Shown here one piece after another: positions 8,071 to 17,990 of a stretch of 43,198 nt of DNA. The position numbers and the translations under genes were made by a program. This DNA is from an uncultured Muribaculaceae bacterium (GTDB taxonomy: Bacteria; Bacillota_I; Bacilli_A; RF39; UBA660), in assembly GCA_964652065.1 (NCBI GenBank), contig CAZYZU010000001.1, forward strand, positions 1-43,198, read 5' to 3'. Within the stretch, counting starts at the first letter, position 1; each line of letters opens with the position of its first letter. The notes beneath the pieces were generated by a model, which was not told the DNA's origin, ran no database searches, and saw nothing but the letters and a program-made list of their open reading frames with translations.

Positions 8071-8101
8071 ATAATACACCTTAAACCTTACTTTAAGTCA
8101 A
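8071..8101 (-). promoter_or_regulatory. MerR-type promoter: TTGACT-19 nt-TATTAT with a CTTAAA-N6-TTTAAG dyad
   Basis: Minus strand reads TTGACTTAAAGTAAGGTTTAAGGTGTATTAT. The spacer counts as 19 nt (8077..8095). Confidence 0.5.
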
Positions 8102-8102
8102 T

Positions 8103-8123
8103 AAAAAAGTAGAAATTCTACTT
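8103..8123 (-). terminator. intrinsic terminator after gpmA
   Basis: Minus strand reads AAGTAGA-att-TCTACTT followed by TTTTATT. It overlaps the gpmA stop. Confidence 0.5.
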
Positions 8124-8810
8124 CTTAATATAATAATGTTTAATTGGTTTTAAGTCATCATCTAATTCATAGCAAATTGGATTTCCTGTTTCTATTTCTA
8201 AATTAAGGACTTCTTCATCTGTTAAATTATCAATATATTTTATTAATCCTCTTAAACTATTACCATGAGCTACAATAATTACTTTTTTATCTTGTTTGAT
8301 ATCATTTAAAATATCACTTTTCCAATATTCAACTACTCTTTTAATTGTATCTATTAAATTTTCTGTTAATGGAAGACTTTCTTCACTTAAATCTTTATAT
8401 TTTGGATCATTTCCAGGATATCTTTCATCTTCTTTTGAAAGTTCTGGTGGTCGTACATCAGCACTTCTTCTCCATAATTTTACTTGTTCATCACCATAAT
8501 TTTTCCTTGTTTCATCTTTATTTAGACCTTGTAGAGCTCCATAATGTCTTTCATTTAATTTATAACTATAGTTAATCGGAATGTTTTCTTCATTTAATTC
8601 TTTTAAAATATAACTTAGTGTATCATTTGCTCTTTTTAATACTGATGTATAAGCAACATCAAATGTAAAGCCATTGTTTTTTAAAGCTTTCCCTGCATCA
8701 ATTGCTTCTTTTATTCCGTTTTCTGATAATTCTACATCTGTCCATCCAGTAAAACGATTTTCTAAATTCCAAATACTTTGTCCATGTCTTACTAATACTA
8801 ATTTTATCAT
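8118..8810 (-). CDS. gpmA: 2,3-bisphosphoglycerate-dependent phosphoglycerate mutase
   Basis: [29 protein letters not shown] (RHG catalytic motif), ERHYGALQG and [13 protein letters not shown]. Confidence 0.9.
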   Translation of the reverse strand: MIKLVLVRHGQSIWNLENRFTGWTDVELSENGIKEAIDAGKALKNNGFTFDVAYTSVLKRANDTLSYILKELNEENIPINYSYKLNERHYGALQGLNKDETRKNYGDEQVKLWRRSADVRPPELSKEDERYPGNDPKYKDLSEESLPLTENLIDTIKRVVEYWKSDILNDIKQDKKVIIVAHGNSLRGLIKYIDNLTDEEVLNLEIETGNPICYELDDDLKPIKHYYIKK

Positions 8811-8813
8811 TTT

Positions 8814-9512
8814 TTATTCTCCTTCTAATTTATTTAACATATTATCTAATCTATTAGGATGAAGACTTATTCCACCTAATAGATAACCATTTAAAAGGTT
8901 ACTTTTATTAATTAGAGAAATATTTTCATCAGTAATACTTCCACCATAAATTATTTTATTATTTGGAAGAATTTCTTTTATATAATTTACTGATATTTCT
9001 ATTTCTTTAGTTGTTGGTATATCCCCTGTTCCTATAGCCCAAATTGGTTCATACGCAATTATTACATTTTCTTTTTCTTCTATATCTATTAATGCTTCTT
9101 TTATTTCTTTGTGTAGTTTTTCTTTTGTTTTATTTTCTTCTTTTTCAGTTTTTTCTTCTCCTACACATAATATCGGAGTAATATTATAAGATAATAATTG
9201 TTTTATTTTTAAATTTATTTCTTTATTTGTTTCTTTTTGATAATTTCTTCTTTCACTATGCCCAACTAAACAATATCTAACATCAAAGCTTTTTAATTGT
9301 TTAGCTGAGGCTTCTCCAGTATACGCACCATTACTATTTGAACTTACATTTTGAGATCCTAACTCTATATCTTTTAAATTTATATTATTTAAAAATATAG
9401 GTGATGGGCATAATACTAGGTTATGTTTAGTATTTATTTTATTTAATTCTTCAATATAGTTAGTAAAATTATCTTTTTCGAAATGACATTTATTATTTAA
9501 AACTATTAACAT
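8814..9512 (-). CDS. tpiA: triosephosphate isomerase (short form, 232 aa)
   Basis: LVGHSERR, AYEPIWAIGTG (catalytic Glu) and IIYGGS motifs. Confidence 0.85.
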   Translation of the reverse strand: MLIVLNNKCHFEKDNFTNYIEELNKINTKHNLVLCPSPIFLNNINLKDIELGSQNVSSNSNGAYTGEASAKQLKSFDVRYCLVGHSERRNYQKETNKEINLKIKQLLSYNITPILCVGEEKTEKEENKTKEKLHKEIKEALIDIEEKENVIIAYEPIWAIGTGDIPTTKEIEISVNYIKEILPNNKIIYGGSITDENISLINKSNLLNGYLLGGISLHPNRLDNMLNKLEGE

Positions 9513-9513
9513 A

Positions 9514-10740
9514 TTATTCTCCTTTTATTTTTTCAGCTATTTTAGAAAAAATTCCATAACGATATTTATTTTTATTTGTAATAGCTCTTTCATAAACAAC
9601 TAAAACATTTTCAGCATATTGAGATGATGAAGAATGTTCTGCTTGAATTCGTGCTTGTGAAGATATCTTTGATCTTATTTCTTGAGATTTTGCTAAATCT
9701 AGAATGATATTACAATATTCTTCTTCTGTTTTAAAGATATATCCATTTAGATTATCAACAATTGCACTTTTAAAAGCTTCATCATCTATACATACTGGTA
9801 CAACATTGGCAGCCATTGCTTCAATTACTGTTAAACCTTGTGTCTCTGATGTTGATGCTGTTGCGAAAATATCTGCAGTGTGATAATAATACTCTATTTC
9901 ATCCCAAGGTACTTTACCAGTAAAAACTACATTATCTGTTATTTCTAATTTTTTTGAAATGTCTTCAAATTTCTCTTTATCTGGTCCATCTCCAATAATT
10001 AATAGTTTTATATTTTTATTTTTTTCAATTAATTTTTTCTCGGCATTTAATAAAAATTCCACATTTTTTTCTTCTGCAAGACGACCTACAAAAATAGTTA
10101 CAATATCTTTCTTTGTAAATTTTAATCTTTTTCTTAAATCTTGAACTACTTTTTTATTTATATTTTCTTCAAAGAATCTATCTACTTCTATTCCAGTAGG
10201 TACTATATGAATATTTTTTTCATATTTATATTTTTCTTTAAATAGTTTATAAGTTTTATTAGTTGGAACTATTAATTCTGAGGCTGTTTTATCACAATAG
10301 AATTTTGTTAGATATTCTACTATCTTTTTACTTGATTTATCAAAATAACCATGTGTTATATAGTGTGTGTAATCTTCATACATAGTGTGATAAGTATGTA
10401 CTAGTGGAATATTAAATTGTTTAGCAAAAATTCTTGCGAAAATACCTACTCCAAATTCAGTATGAGAATGAATTACATCTAATTTCCAGCTTTTCATTAA
10501 ATTAATTATCTTTAATGGATAGATACTTGTTAATCTATAATCATATATACCAATTGGAACTCCTGGTATCCTCATAACATGATTTTCTTCATCATAGTGA
10601 TATTTTATTGAGCTGTTATTAACAGTTATTACATATACTTTATGTCCTTTTTTTTCTAAGGCATTTTTTAACATTTGTACACTTGTAGATACTCCATTTA
10701 TATAAGGAGGATATGTATCTGTGAATAATCCTATTCTCAT
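9514..10740 (-). CDS. GT4-family glycosyltransferase, likely diacylglycerol glycolipid synthase type
   Basis: MRIGLFTDTYPPYINGVSTSV is the N-terminus typical of GT4 glucosyl-DAG synthases. The C-terminal ETQGLTVIEAMA fits the E-x7-E region. Confidence 0.8.
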   Translation of the reverse strand: MRIGLFTDTYPPYINGVSTSVQMLKNALEKKGHKVYVITVNNSSIKYHYDEENHVMRIPGVPIGIYDYRLTSIYPLKIINLMKSWKLDVIHSHTEFGVGIFARIFAKQFNIPLVHTYHTMYEDYTHYITHGYFDKSSKKIVEYLTKFYCDKTASELIVPTNKTYKLFKEKYKYEKNIHIVPTGIEVDRFFEENINKKVVQDLRKRLKFTKKDIVTIFVGRLAEEKNVEFLLNAEKKLIEKNKNIKLLIIGDGPDKEKFEDISKKLEITDNVVFTGKVPWDEIEYYYHTADIFATASTSETQGLTVIEAMAANVVPVCIDDEAFKSAIVDNLNGYIFKTEEEYCNIILDLAKSQEIRSKISSQARIQAEHSSSSQYAENVLVVYERAITNKNKYRYGIFSKIAEKIKGE

Positions 10741-11753
10741 TATTTCTTCTCCTTCTGATCTATATTAAATACTATTGCACCTACTATCATTGGTAGGTAA
10801 TAAGTAATAAATCTCCATATTAATAAAATTGCTCCTGTTGTAGTACTTGATAAAAAGTTTCCAAAGAAAGCAAGAAAGCCATATTCAATTCCTCCACTTG
10901 CTCCTGGGATTGGAACAAACGCTCCAATTAATAATACATAAGCAGATGCTGTTAGAGTATTTGCTATAGTTAGACTTGAATAATCACCCATACTATAAGC
11001 AATGAATAATGGTATTATGTATAAACACGCTAATGATAAAACATTAAATAATACTCCAACTACAAATAATCGTTTTCTTTTTCTTAAGACTTTTGCACAT
11101 TCATGAAATTCTTCTAATCTAACATTCCGATTTTCTTTTGTTTTGTCTTTGTTTTTTACTATTTTTAATTTTGATAAAAAGGTAATTATTCCATTTGTAC
11201 ATTTCTTTGTAAATCTTTTAGAAATAGATATAAAAAGAATTCCAACAGCTACTAAAGTATTTATTATAAATCCAATTAATACAAGTTCTCTTAGAAGTGT
11301 TACTTTTGGAAATATACCATAAATTGCATTATATCCTACAGCTCCTAGTCCAAATAAAACAAGCGCTATTTGATAAAATATAAAGTTTTGTAAAATTATC
11401 ATTGTACCTTTATTAGCATTTATATCATGTTCAGTTAACATATATATTTCTAAGGGTTGTCCACCTGTTGAAAAAGGTGTTATTCCATTAAAAAACTGAA
11501 CAATTACATTATGTTTAACTGCTTCTTTTAAAGAATATTTCTTTTTATTATCAACTGTTTTGTAAGAAATATATGATTTTAAAAATATAGATAGAAAAAA
11601 AATTAAGAAAGCTAAAATTATGTATTTAATATCTACATTTATTAAAGTATTAAGTATATTTGAAAAATCATGTTTTAATACTAAATACATAACTAGGATA
11701 GTAACTAATAAAATGATAAATGTATTTTTTTTAATATTTTTTACTATTTTCAT
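10740..11753 (-). CDS. flippase-like / lysyl-PG-synthase transmembrane-region (UPF0104) family membrane protein
   Basis: 337 aa with about 8 TM helices. GASGGIEYGF fits the conserved loop of the family as I recall it. It overlaps the GT4 start by 1 nt. Confidence 0.6.
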   Translation of the reverse strand: MKIVKNIKKNTFIILLVTILVMYLVLKHDFSNILNTLINVDIKYIILAFLIFFLSIFLKSYISYKTVDNKKKYSLKEAVKHNVIVQFFNGITPFSTGGQPLEIYMLTEHDINANKGTMIILQNFIFYQIALVLFGLGAVGYNAIYGIFPKVTLLRELVLIGFIINTLVAVGILFISISKRFTKKCTNGIITFLSKLKIVKNKDKTKENRNVRLEEFHECAKVLRKRKRLFVVGVLFNVLSLACLYIIPLFIAYSMGDYSSLTIANTLTASAYVLLIGAFVPIPGASGGIEYGFLAFFGNFLSSTTTGAILLIWRFITYYLPMIVGAIVFNIDQKEKK

Positions 11754-12238
11754 TTCTTTGTAATTCCTATTTCTTCTGCTTTTTCTCTATCTTTTACATA
11801 AGTATTTATTCCGTTATTTTCTCCTAATGATATGAAACCATTTGCTTCAAGCATTTTACTATCTAATTCATTTGAAAATATTGTCATTGTCTCAGCTTCA
11901 AGGGAAGCCAATGCATAGTTAGTAGCGGCTGTTAAAAATTCTCTATTTTTTTCATTATTTCCATTTTTTAAATTCTCAATATCTAGTTGAACAAGTTTAT
12001 TATCTTTTGTTCCAGTAAAAAAACACAAATTAATTATTTTTTCATTTTGAATATTTAAAAGAGTTTCATTAATATTAATTGAAGTGCTTTTTTCTTCATT
12101 ATATTTATCTTTTGACATAGTTTTCTTTATGTTTTCTAGATAATTTAAAGTCTCTAGGCTTATATTTTTTTCTTTATTAAAATTTGATAACATTTCAATA
12201 TGATTATCGTTAAATGGATCTGCTACTACTAACTTCAT
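11750..12238 (-). CDS. hypothetical cytoplasmic protein
   Basis: 162-aa ORF with an AGGTGAG RBS and a 4-nt overlap with the next gene. The C-terminal ...LEANGFISLGE is faintly GNAT-like, which is not enough for a call. Confidence 0.45.
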   Translation of the reverse strand: MKLVVADPFNDNHIEMLSNFNKEKNISLETLNYLENIKKTMSKDKYNEEKSTSININETLLNIQNEKIINLCFFTGTKDNKLVQLDIENLKNGNNEKNREFLTAATNYALASLEAETMTIFSNELDSKMLEANGFISLGENNGINTYVKDREKAEEIGITKK

Positions 12239-12246
12239 TTTCTCAC

Positions 12247-13419
12247 CTACTTAATTGCTTCTAATCCTGGTAATTTCTTTCCTTCTAGATATTCTAGTGT
12301 TGCCCCACCACCAGTTGATGCATGATAAACTTTGTCTTTTAGTTTCGCATTAGATGAAGCAGCCACTATGTCTCCTCCACCTAATATTGTTTTTATATTA
12401 TTATCTACTAGGAATTTTAGTATTTTATCTGTTGATATTTTATATTTTTCAAATTCATAAACTCCTAATGGTCCATTCCATAATACTATTTTAGCATCTT
12501 TTAAATAATTTTGATATAGTTCTACTGTTTTTGGACCAATATCTAATCCCATTTCATTATCTTCTATGGATGAAATATCTTTGATTTTATTTTTAGAATC
12601 ATTACTATATTCATTTGTTACATTGACATCTAAAGGTAATAATATTTTATCTGGGTATTTAGAAATTATTTTTTTACAAAAATCTATACTATCATTATCT
12701 ACGATTGATGATCCAGTATTAAATCCTTCACTTTGTAAAAATGTAAATGCCATACCTCCACCAATTAAGATATGATCTGCTTTAGTAACTAAGTTTTCAA
12801 TAACTCCGATCTTATCACTTACCTTTGCTCCTCCTAAAATTACAATAAATGGTTTTTCAGGACTATTTAAAGTAGATAAAGATGTTAATTCTTTTTCTAT
12901 TAAGAAGCCAACAGCACTAGGTAGATTGGAAGCAATTCCTACATTTGATGCATGAGCTCTATGAATTGTTCCAAAGGCATCATTTATAAATACATCGCCA
13001 AGAGATGCCCAATACTTTCCTAGTTCTTGGTCATTACCGCTTTCTTTTTTTCCGTCTAAATCTTCAAATCTTGTATTTTCTAATAATAATACTTGTCCAT
13101 CTTGTAATTCATTTACAGCTTTTTCTAATTTTTCTCCACAAGTTTCATTAATAAAGATTACTTCTTTTTTTAGAAGTTTGCTTAATCTTTTAGAAACTGG
13201 TAGTAAAGACTTTTCTTTTAAATCTTTTTTTTCTTTAATTCTTCCTAAATGAGAAAATAATATTACTTTGGCATTTTGTTCTATACAGTAATTTATTGTT
13301 TGTAAACTACTTACTATTCTTGTGTCATCTATTATTTTTCCATCTTCCATAGGAACATTAAAATCACATCTTATTAATACTTTTTTATTCTTAATATCTA
13401 TATCTTTTATTGTTTTCAT
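12247..13419 (-). CDS. pgk: phosphoglycerate kinase
   Basis: KKVLIRCDFNVP, FSHLGR and GGGDIVAA motifs. 390 aa. Confidence 0.95.
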   Translation of the reverse strand: MKTIKDIDIKNKKVLIRCDFNVPMEDGKIIDDTRIVSSLQTINYCIEQNAKVILFSHLGRIKEKKDLKEKSLLPVSKRLSKLLKKEVIFINETCGEKLEKAVNELQDGQVLLLENTRFEDLDGKKESGNDQELGKYWASLGDVFINDAFGTIHRAHASNVGIASNLPSAVGFLIEKELTSLSTLNSPEKPFIVILGGAKVSDKIGVIENLVTKADHILIGGGMAFTFLQSEGFNTGSSIVDNDSIDFCKKIISKYPDKILLPLDVNVTNEYSNDSKNKIKDISSIEDNEMGLDIGPKTVELYQNYLKDAKIVLWNGPLGVYEFEKYKISTDKILKFLVDNNIKTILGGGDIVAASSNAKLKDKVYHASTGGGATLEYLEGKKLPGLEAIK

Positions 13420-13428
13420 ATTTATCTC

Positions 13429-14451
13429 CTATACACTACTACTATCATTTTTATCTTTACCAAATGATAGTGATTTTATAAAATTATTATACCCATTTGA
13501 ACATAACTTAGTATCATCTCGATATATTGTAAAGTCAATTTTATATAATCTATCATTATAAATAGTGGCATAGTTATATTCTTTTTTTGTATCTGAAGAT
13601 ATTTCAAGGTGCTTCCATTCAAAATCATTAATTTTATCTGAAGATATTTCACTTACTTGTTCATTTTGACTAGTGTATACATGAGATTTTAAATATGCTT
13701 CAGCAGTTTCATAAATTGAAGAACTATAGTTTTCAATATTTATATTACAATAATCATTATCTCCATAATAAGAATAACTCTTATATGTATTTGAATTATA
13801 TTTACTTGTTTCAAATCCTTTAGGAATATTATATGTTAGATCACTATTATCAACTGTTTCTGTCTTTTCTATAGTAGAGTTATAATCATCTTTAAATTCA
13901 TCATAAGCAAAACAAAATACTAAGATAATAGCACTTATAAAGATAACAATCATACTTAATATTACGCCTCCAACTGAAGTACCACCTTTTTGTTTACAAA
14001 TTTTTAATAATTCTTGTTTATTTTTATCCATATTTAATTGTTTAAGTTTATCTATTTTTTGATCTATGGTTTGTAAATACATTCTATTAAAAGTTATTCC
14101 CATAATAATTGCTAAGGCAAGTGATATAAAGGAAACATAATCAGGAATAAATATTTCTCCTGCTATTATTAATACTATCCAGGATATACCATATAACCAC
14201 ATTTTACGAAATAAAAGGTAATAGGCTCCAAAGAAAAAGGCAGGAACAGAAAATTTTCCTTCAATAATTTTGTCACTATTGTTTCCAATATATGCTTTTT
14301 TTAAATCTTCATCACTTATATTACTATAGTTGTAACTATAATTATATTCATTACTATGATTAGTTACTACACCATTATCAACACTAGCCCCACACTTTGT
14401 ACAAAATTTAGCATTTTCATCTAATTTATTTCCACACTTTGAACAATACAT
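13429..14451 (-). CDS. zinc-ribbon / DUF2628-like membrane protein with an extracytoplasmic C-terminal domain
   Basis: MYCSKCGNKLDENAKFCTKCG zinc ribbon. FFFGAYYLLFRKMWLYG resembles the DUF2628 motif. There are further TM helices and then a ~150-aa tail. Confidence 0.6.
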   Translation of the reverse strand: MYCSKCGNKLDENAKFCTKCGASVDNGVVTNHSNEYNYSYNYSNISDEDLKKAYIGNNSDKIIEGKFSVPAFFFGAYYLLFRKMWLYGISWIVLIIAGEIFIPDYVSFISLALAIIMGITFNRMYLQTIDQKIDKLKQLNMDKNKQELLKICKQKGGTSVGGVILSMIVIFISAIILVFCFAYDEFKDDYNSTIEKTETVDNSDLTYNIPKGFETSKYNSNTYKSYSYYGDNDYCNINIENYSSSIYETAEAYLKSHVYTSQNEQVSEISSDKINDFEWKHLEISSDTKKEYNYATIYNDRLYKIDFTIYRDDTKLCSNGYNNFIKSLSFGKDKNDSSSV

Positions 14452-14504
14452 ATTATAACCTCCATTACTATATCTATTTTATCATATTTTATGTAATTAT
14501 GTAT

Positions 14505-14530
14505 AAAAAAAGTAAGATATTAAATCTTAC
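14505..14530 (-). terminator. intrinsic terminator after gap
   Basis: Minus strand reads GTAAGAT-ttaat-ATCTTAC followed by TTTTTTT. Confidence 0.65.
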
Positions 14531-14538
14531 TCTTAGTA

Positions 14539-15546
14539 TTATTTTTCCATTAGATATTTTGCAGTTCTAATCATTTGAGAAGTATAACCATTTTCATTAT
14601 CATACCAAGCTACTACTTGTACATGATATGTATCATCATTTATTTTAGATACAAGTGTTTGAGTTGAATCAAATATTGATCCATATCTTGTTCCGATAAT
14701 ATCTGTTGATACAAGTGGTTCATCTGTATATCCAAATGATTCACTTGATGAATTTTTCATTGCTTCATTTATCTTTTCTACAGTGATATCAGCACCTTTT
14801 ACAACAGCTACTAAAATAGTAGTAGATCCTGTTATTACTGGTACTCTTTGTGCTGAACCAATTAATTTTCCATTTAATTCTGGAATAACTAATCCTATTG
14901 CTTTAGCAGCACCTGTTGAGTTTGGAACTATATTAGAAGCTCCTGCTCTAGCACGTCTTAAGTCTCCTTTACGATGTGGTCCATCTAAGATCATTTGATC
15001 TCCAGTATAGGCGTGAACAGTTGTCATGATACCACTTTCTATTGGAGCAAAGTTATTTAATGCATTTGCCATTGGAGCAAGACAGTTTGTTGTACAACTA
15101 GCTGCACTAATAATATTATCTTCACTTGTAAGAATATTTTCATTAACTCCGTATACAATTGTTTTTAAATCTTTTCCTGCTGGTGCTGAAATTATTACTT
15201 TCTTTGCTCCAGCATTAATATGGGCACTTGCTTTATCTTTTGATGTAAAGAATCCTGTACATTCTAATACAACATCTACATCTAAAGCTTTCCAAGGTAA
15301 GTTATTTGGATCTGCTTCTTTATATATTTTTATTTCTTTTCCATCAACTATAATTGAATCCTCTGTTGATTCTACTGTATGTCCTTCATATCTTTTTTGA
15401 GCAGTATCATATTTTAATAAATGAGCTAACATATCTGGGCTTGTTAAATCATTTATTGCTACTACCTCATATCCATCAAGTTCAAACATTTGTCTAAAAC
15501 TTAATCTTCCAATTCTTCCGAATCCATTTATTGCTACTTTAATCAT
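14539..15546 (-). CDS. gap: glyceraldehyde-3-phosphate dehydrogenase
   Basis: [11 protein letters not shown] and [10 protein letters not shown] (catalytic Cys). 335 aa. Confidence 0.95.
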   Translation of the reverse strand: MIKVAINGFGRIGRLSFRQMFELDGYEVVAINDLTSPDMLAHLLKYDTAQKRYEGHTVESTEDSIIVDGKEIKIYKEADPNNLPWKALDVDVVLECTGFFTSKDKASAHINAGAKKVIISAPAGKDLKTIVYGVNENILTSEDNIISAASCTTNCLAPMANALNNFAPIESGIMTTVHAYTGDQMILDGPHRKGDLRRARAGASNIVPNSTGAAKAIGLVIPELNGKLIGSAQRVPVITGSTTILVAVVKGADITVEKINEAMKNSSSESFGYTDEPLVSTDIIGTRYGSIFDSTQTLVSKINDDTYHVQVVAWYDNENGYTSQMIRTAKYLMEK

Positions 15547-15625
15547 TTTATCATCCTCCTATATTCATTATATATTTATAATTTTTTATTTTCAATAGTA
15601 TTTCATTTATTAGACATTTTATGAC

Positions 15626-15652
15626 AAAGAAAAATACAGATAAAATCTGTAT
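15626..15652 (-). terminator. intrinsic terminator after the kinase-like gene
   Basis: Minus strand reads ATACAGAT-ttt-ATCTGTAT followed by TTTTCTTT. It is followed by TTGAAA-17-TATAAT upstream of gap. Confidence 0.6.
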
Positions 15653-17304
15653 TATAATCCAAAACATCCATTACCAATGAATTCTCTTAATATTGAGTCA
15701 GATGGTATATCATCACTTGGTATTGGTAAAAATAATCTTAAAAAGTCTATTAATCTTTTTGCTTCTTCATAATATTCTGAATCTGTATCTACTGAATATA
15801 AGAGTGGTTCAACATATGTTTTTAAAACTCCTATTTCATAGATTAATTCTGTATTAAATGTTACATCAGCATCATCTTGATATGGGAAAACATATTTTTC
15901 TTCTCCAGCTCTGACACTATGCCAAACTTCTAAAGTTTTTTCTACTCCATAACCTCTTGTTCTATTATCTCTAATCATTCTTCTTAATAATCTATTATCA
16001 CTAGTTGATACTCTATTATGATTATCCATATTTATTTCTGTTAATGGAGATAGATAAATCTTAAACTTAGCACCTCTATCAATATTAGTTAATATTTTTG
16101 TATCTAATCCATGAATACCTTCTATTACTAATAATTCATTATCATCTAATTTAGCTTTTTCTTTATATTCTTTTATTCCTAAAATAAAATTATAAGTTGG
16201 TAGTGTTACATCTTCTTTATTAAGTAATTTAGCTATTTGTTTATCAAATAATTTTAAGTCTACAGCATCTAAACACTCATAATCTGGTTTTCCATCTGGA
16301 CCAATTGGTGTTTCTTCTTTATCTTTAAAATAATCATCCATTGATAAAGTTCTTATTTTTAAACCAAAACTTCTTAAATACATTGATAACTTTCTTGATG
16401 TTGTTGTTTTTCCAGAAGAAGATGGTCCTGCCATTAGAACTATTCTTATTTTTTTATCTGAACTAATTTTTTTAGCTATTTGTAATAATCTATTACTTTG
16501 CAATGTTTCATCGATTCTTATTAAATCATTAATTTTACCACTAGAAACAATTCCATTTAAATCTACAGAATTTTCTATATTCATGATTTTTGCCCATTCT
16601 CTACATTCTTTAAATACTTCAAACATATGAGGATGGTGAGTATAATCTTTTATATGATCTTTAATATAAGTTGTTGGAAATCTTAAAATAAAGCCATTAT
16701 CTTTTATATAATTTAAGTCAAATGCTTTTAATTTTCCAGTAGATGTTGGCATTACATTGTAAAAATAATTATATAAATTACCTAATCTATATAGAGTAAT
16801 ATAATTATTAGTATTATATTTCATTACTCCTGCTTTTGGTAAATCATTAATTGTTCTAAAATATTTTGCTGCTTCTAATCTATCTATTGTTAACTTTGTA
16901 ATATCTAAATCGCTATCAATTATTTTAGTCATTTCATTTTTTATTTGTTTTAGTTTTTCCTCTGTTAGATTAAAATTAGTTTCTATATAAATACCTTTAT
17001 CTAGAGAATGTTGAATTGTAATATCTGCATTTCTTCCATATAAAGATTTAACTGCATATACAATTACAAATGTTAATCCACTAATATGACTTCTATTACC
17101 TTCATGTGAAGTTAAATCTAAGAACTCTATAGTTGAATTATTAGTTAATTGATATGTTAATTCTTTTATTTTTTTGTTTACTTTTCCTAATATTATTGGA
17201 TATTTACAAGTATTTTGAAAGGTTTTAGATACTTCTTCTAATGTTATTCCTTTAAAGAACTCATAGTCTTTTCCATTAATATTTACTGTTATTGTCTCGT
17301 CCAT
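15652..17304 (-). CDS. TGS-domain / uridine-kinase-like P-loop nucleoside kinase family protein
   Basis: 550 aa. The N-terminus is TGS-like (ITVNINGKDYEF). Walker A is GPSSSGKTTT. The C-terminal half resembles the PRK/uridine kinase family. Confidence 0.7.
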   Translation of the reverse strand: MDETITVNINGKDYEFFKGITLEEVSKTFQNTCKYPIILGKVNKKIKELTYQLTNNSTIEFLDLTSHEGNRSHISGLTFVIVYAVKSLYGRNADITIQHSLDKGIYIETNFNLTEEKLKQIKNEMTKIIDSDLDITKLTIDRLEAAKYFRTINDLPKAGVMKYNTNNYITLYRLGNLYNYFYNVMPTSTGKLKAFDLNYIKDNGFILRFPTTYIKDHIKDYTHHPHMFEVFKECREWAKIMNIENSVDLNGIVSSGKINDLIRIDETLQSNRLLQIAKKISSDKKIRIVLMAGPSSSGKTTTSRKLSMYLRSFGLKIRTLSMDDYFKDKEETPIGPDGKPDYECLDAVDLKLFDKQIAKLLNKEDVTLPTYNFILGIKEYKEKAKLDDNELLVIEGIHGLDTKILTNIDRGAKFKIYLSPLTEINMDNHNRVSTSDNRLLRRMIRDNRTRGYGVEKTLEVWHSVRAGEEKYVFPYQDDADVTFNTELIYEIGVLKTYVEPLLYSVDTDSEYYEEAKRLIDFLRLFLPIPSDDIPSDSILREFIGNGCFGL

Positions 17305-17408
17305 GTTATCACCCTTTTTTATTCTTATATAATATTATAGCATAATTTGACGATTTAGAATATGTATATTTATTATTATTTACACTAAAATATTAACAGG
17401 TGATGAAA

Positions 17409-17990
17409 ATGAATTTAGTACCAATGGTAGTGGATAGAGAAATTGATGGAGAAAGAAGTTATGATATTTTCTCAAGACTTTTAAAAGAAAGAATAATTAT
17501 GCTTACAGGAGAAATAAATGATACTGTTTCTAGTAACGTTGTTGCGGAACTATTATATTTAGATTCTATTAGTAATGATGATATTTCTATATATATTAAT
17601 TCTCCAGGGGGATCAATTACTTCTGGAATGGCAATATATGATACGATGAAATTTGTTAAAAGTGATGTTTCAACAATATGTGTTGGGATGGCTGCTTCTA
17701 TGGCTGCATTTCTTCTTTCTTCTGGAGAGGTTGGCAAGAGATATATTCTTCCTAATTCTGAGGTTATGATTCATCAACCTCTTGGGGGAGCAGAAGGTCA
17801 AGCTACAGAAATTAAAATTGCTGCTGAAAGGATTTTAAAATCTCGTGATAAATTAAATCAAATCTTATCTAAAAATACAGGTAAAGATTTAAAGATTATT
17901 GAAAATGATACTGAAAGAGATAATTTTATGGATAGTAGAGAAGCTTTAGAATATGGATTAGTTGATAAGATAATAGAAAAAAAAGCCTAA
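17409..17990 (+). CDS. clpP: ATP-dependent Clp protease proteolytic subunit
   Basis: [32 protein letters not shown]... with [11 protein letters not shown] (catalytic Ser) and MIHQP (His). I moved the start to ATG 17409, 5 nt after AGGTGA. This is the only plus-strand gene called. Confidence 0.95.
   Translation: MNLVPMVVDREIDGERSYDIFSRLLKERIIMLTGEINDTVSSNVVAELLYLDSISNDDISIYINSPGGSITSGMAIYDTMKFVKSDVSTICVGMAASMAAFLLSSGEVGKRYILPNSEVMIHQPLGGAEGQATEIKIAAERILKSRDKLNQILSKNTGKDLKIIENDTERDNFMDSREALEYGLVDKIIEKKA

Noticed and set aside
17346-17360. Possible CtsR operator upstream of clpP (TTTGACGATTTAGAA)
   Set aside because: Only one heptad (TTTGACG, the reverse of GGTCAAA) fits. The second repeat of the GGTCAAA-NAN-GGTCAAA direct repeat is not present.
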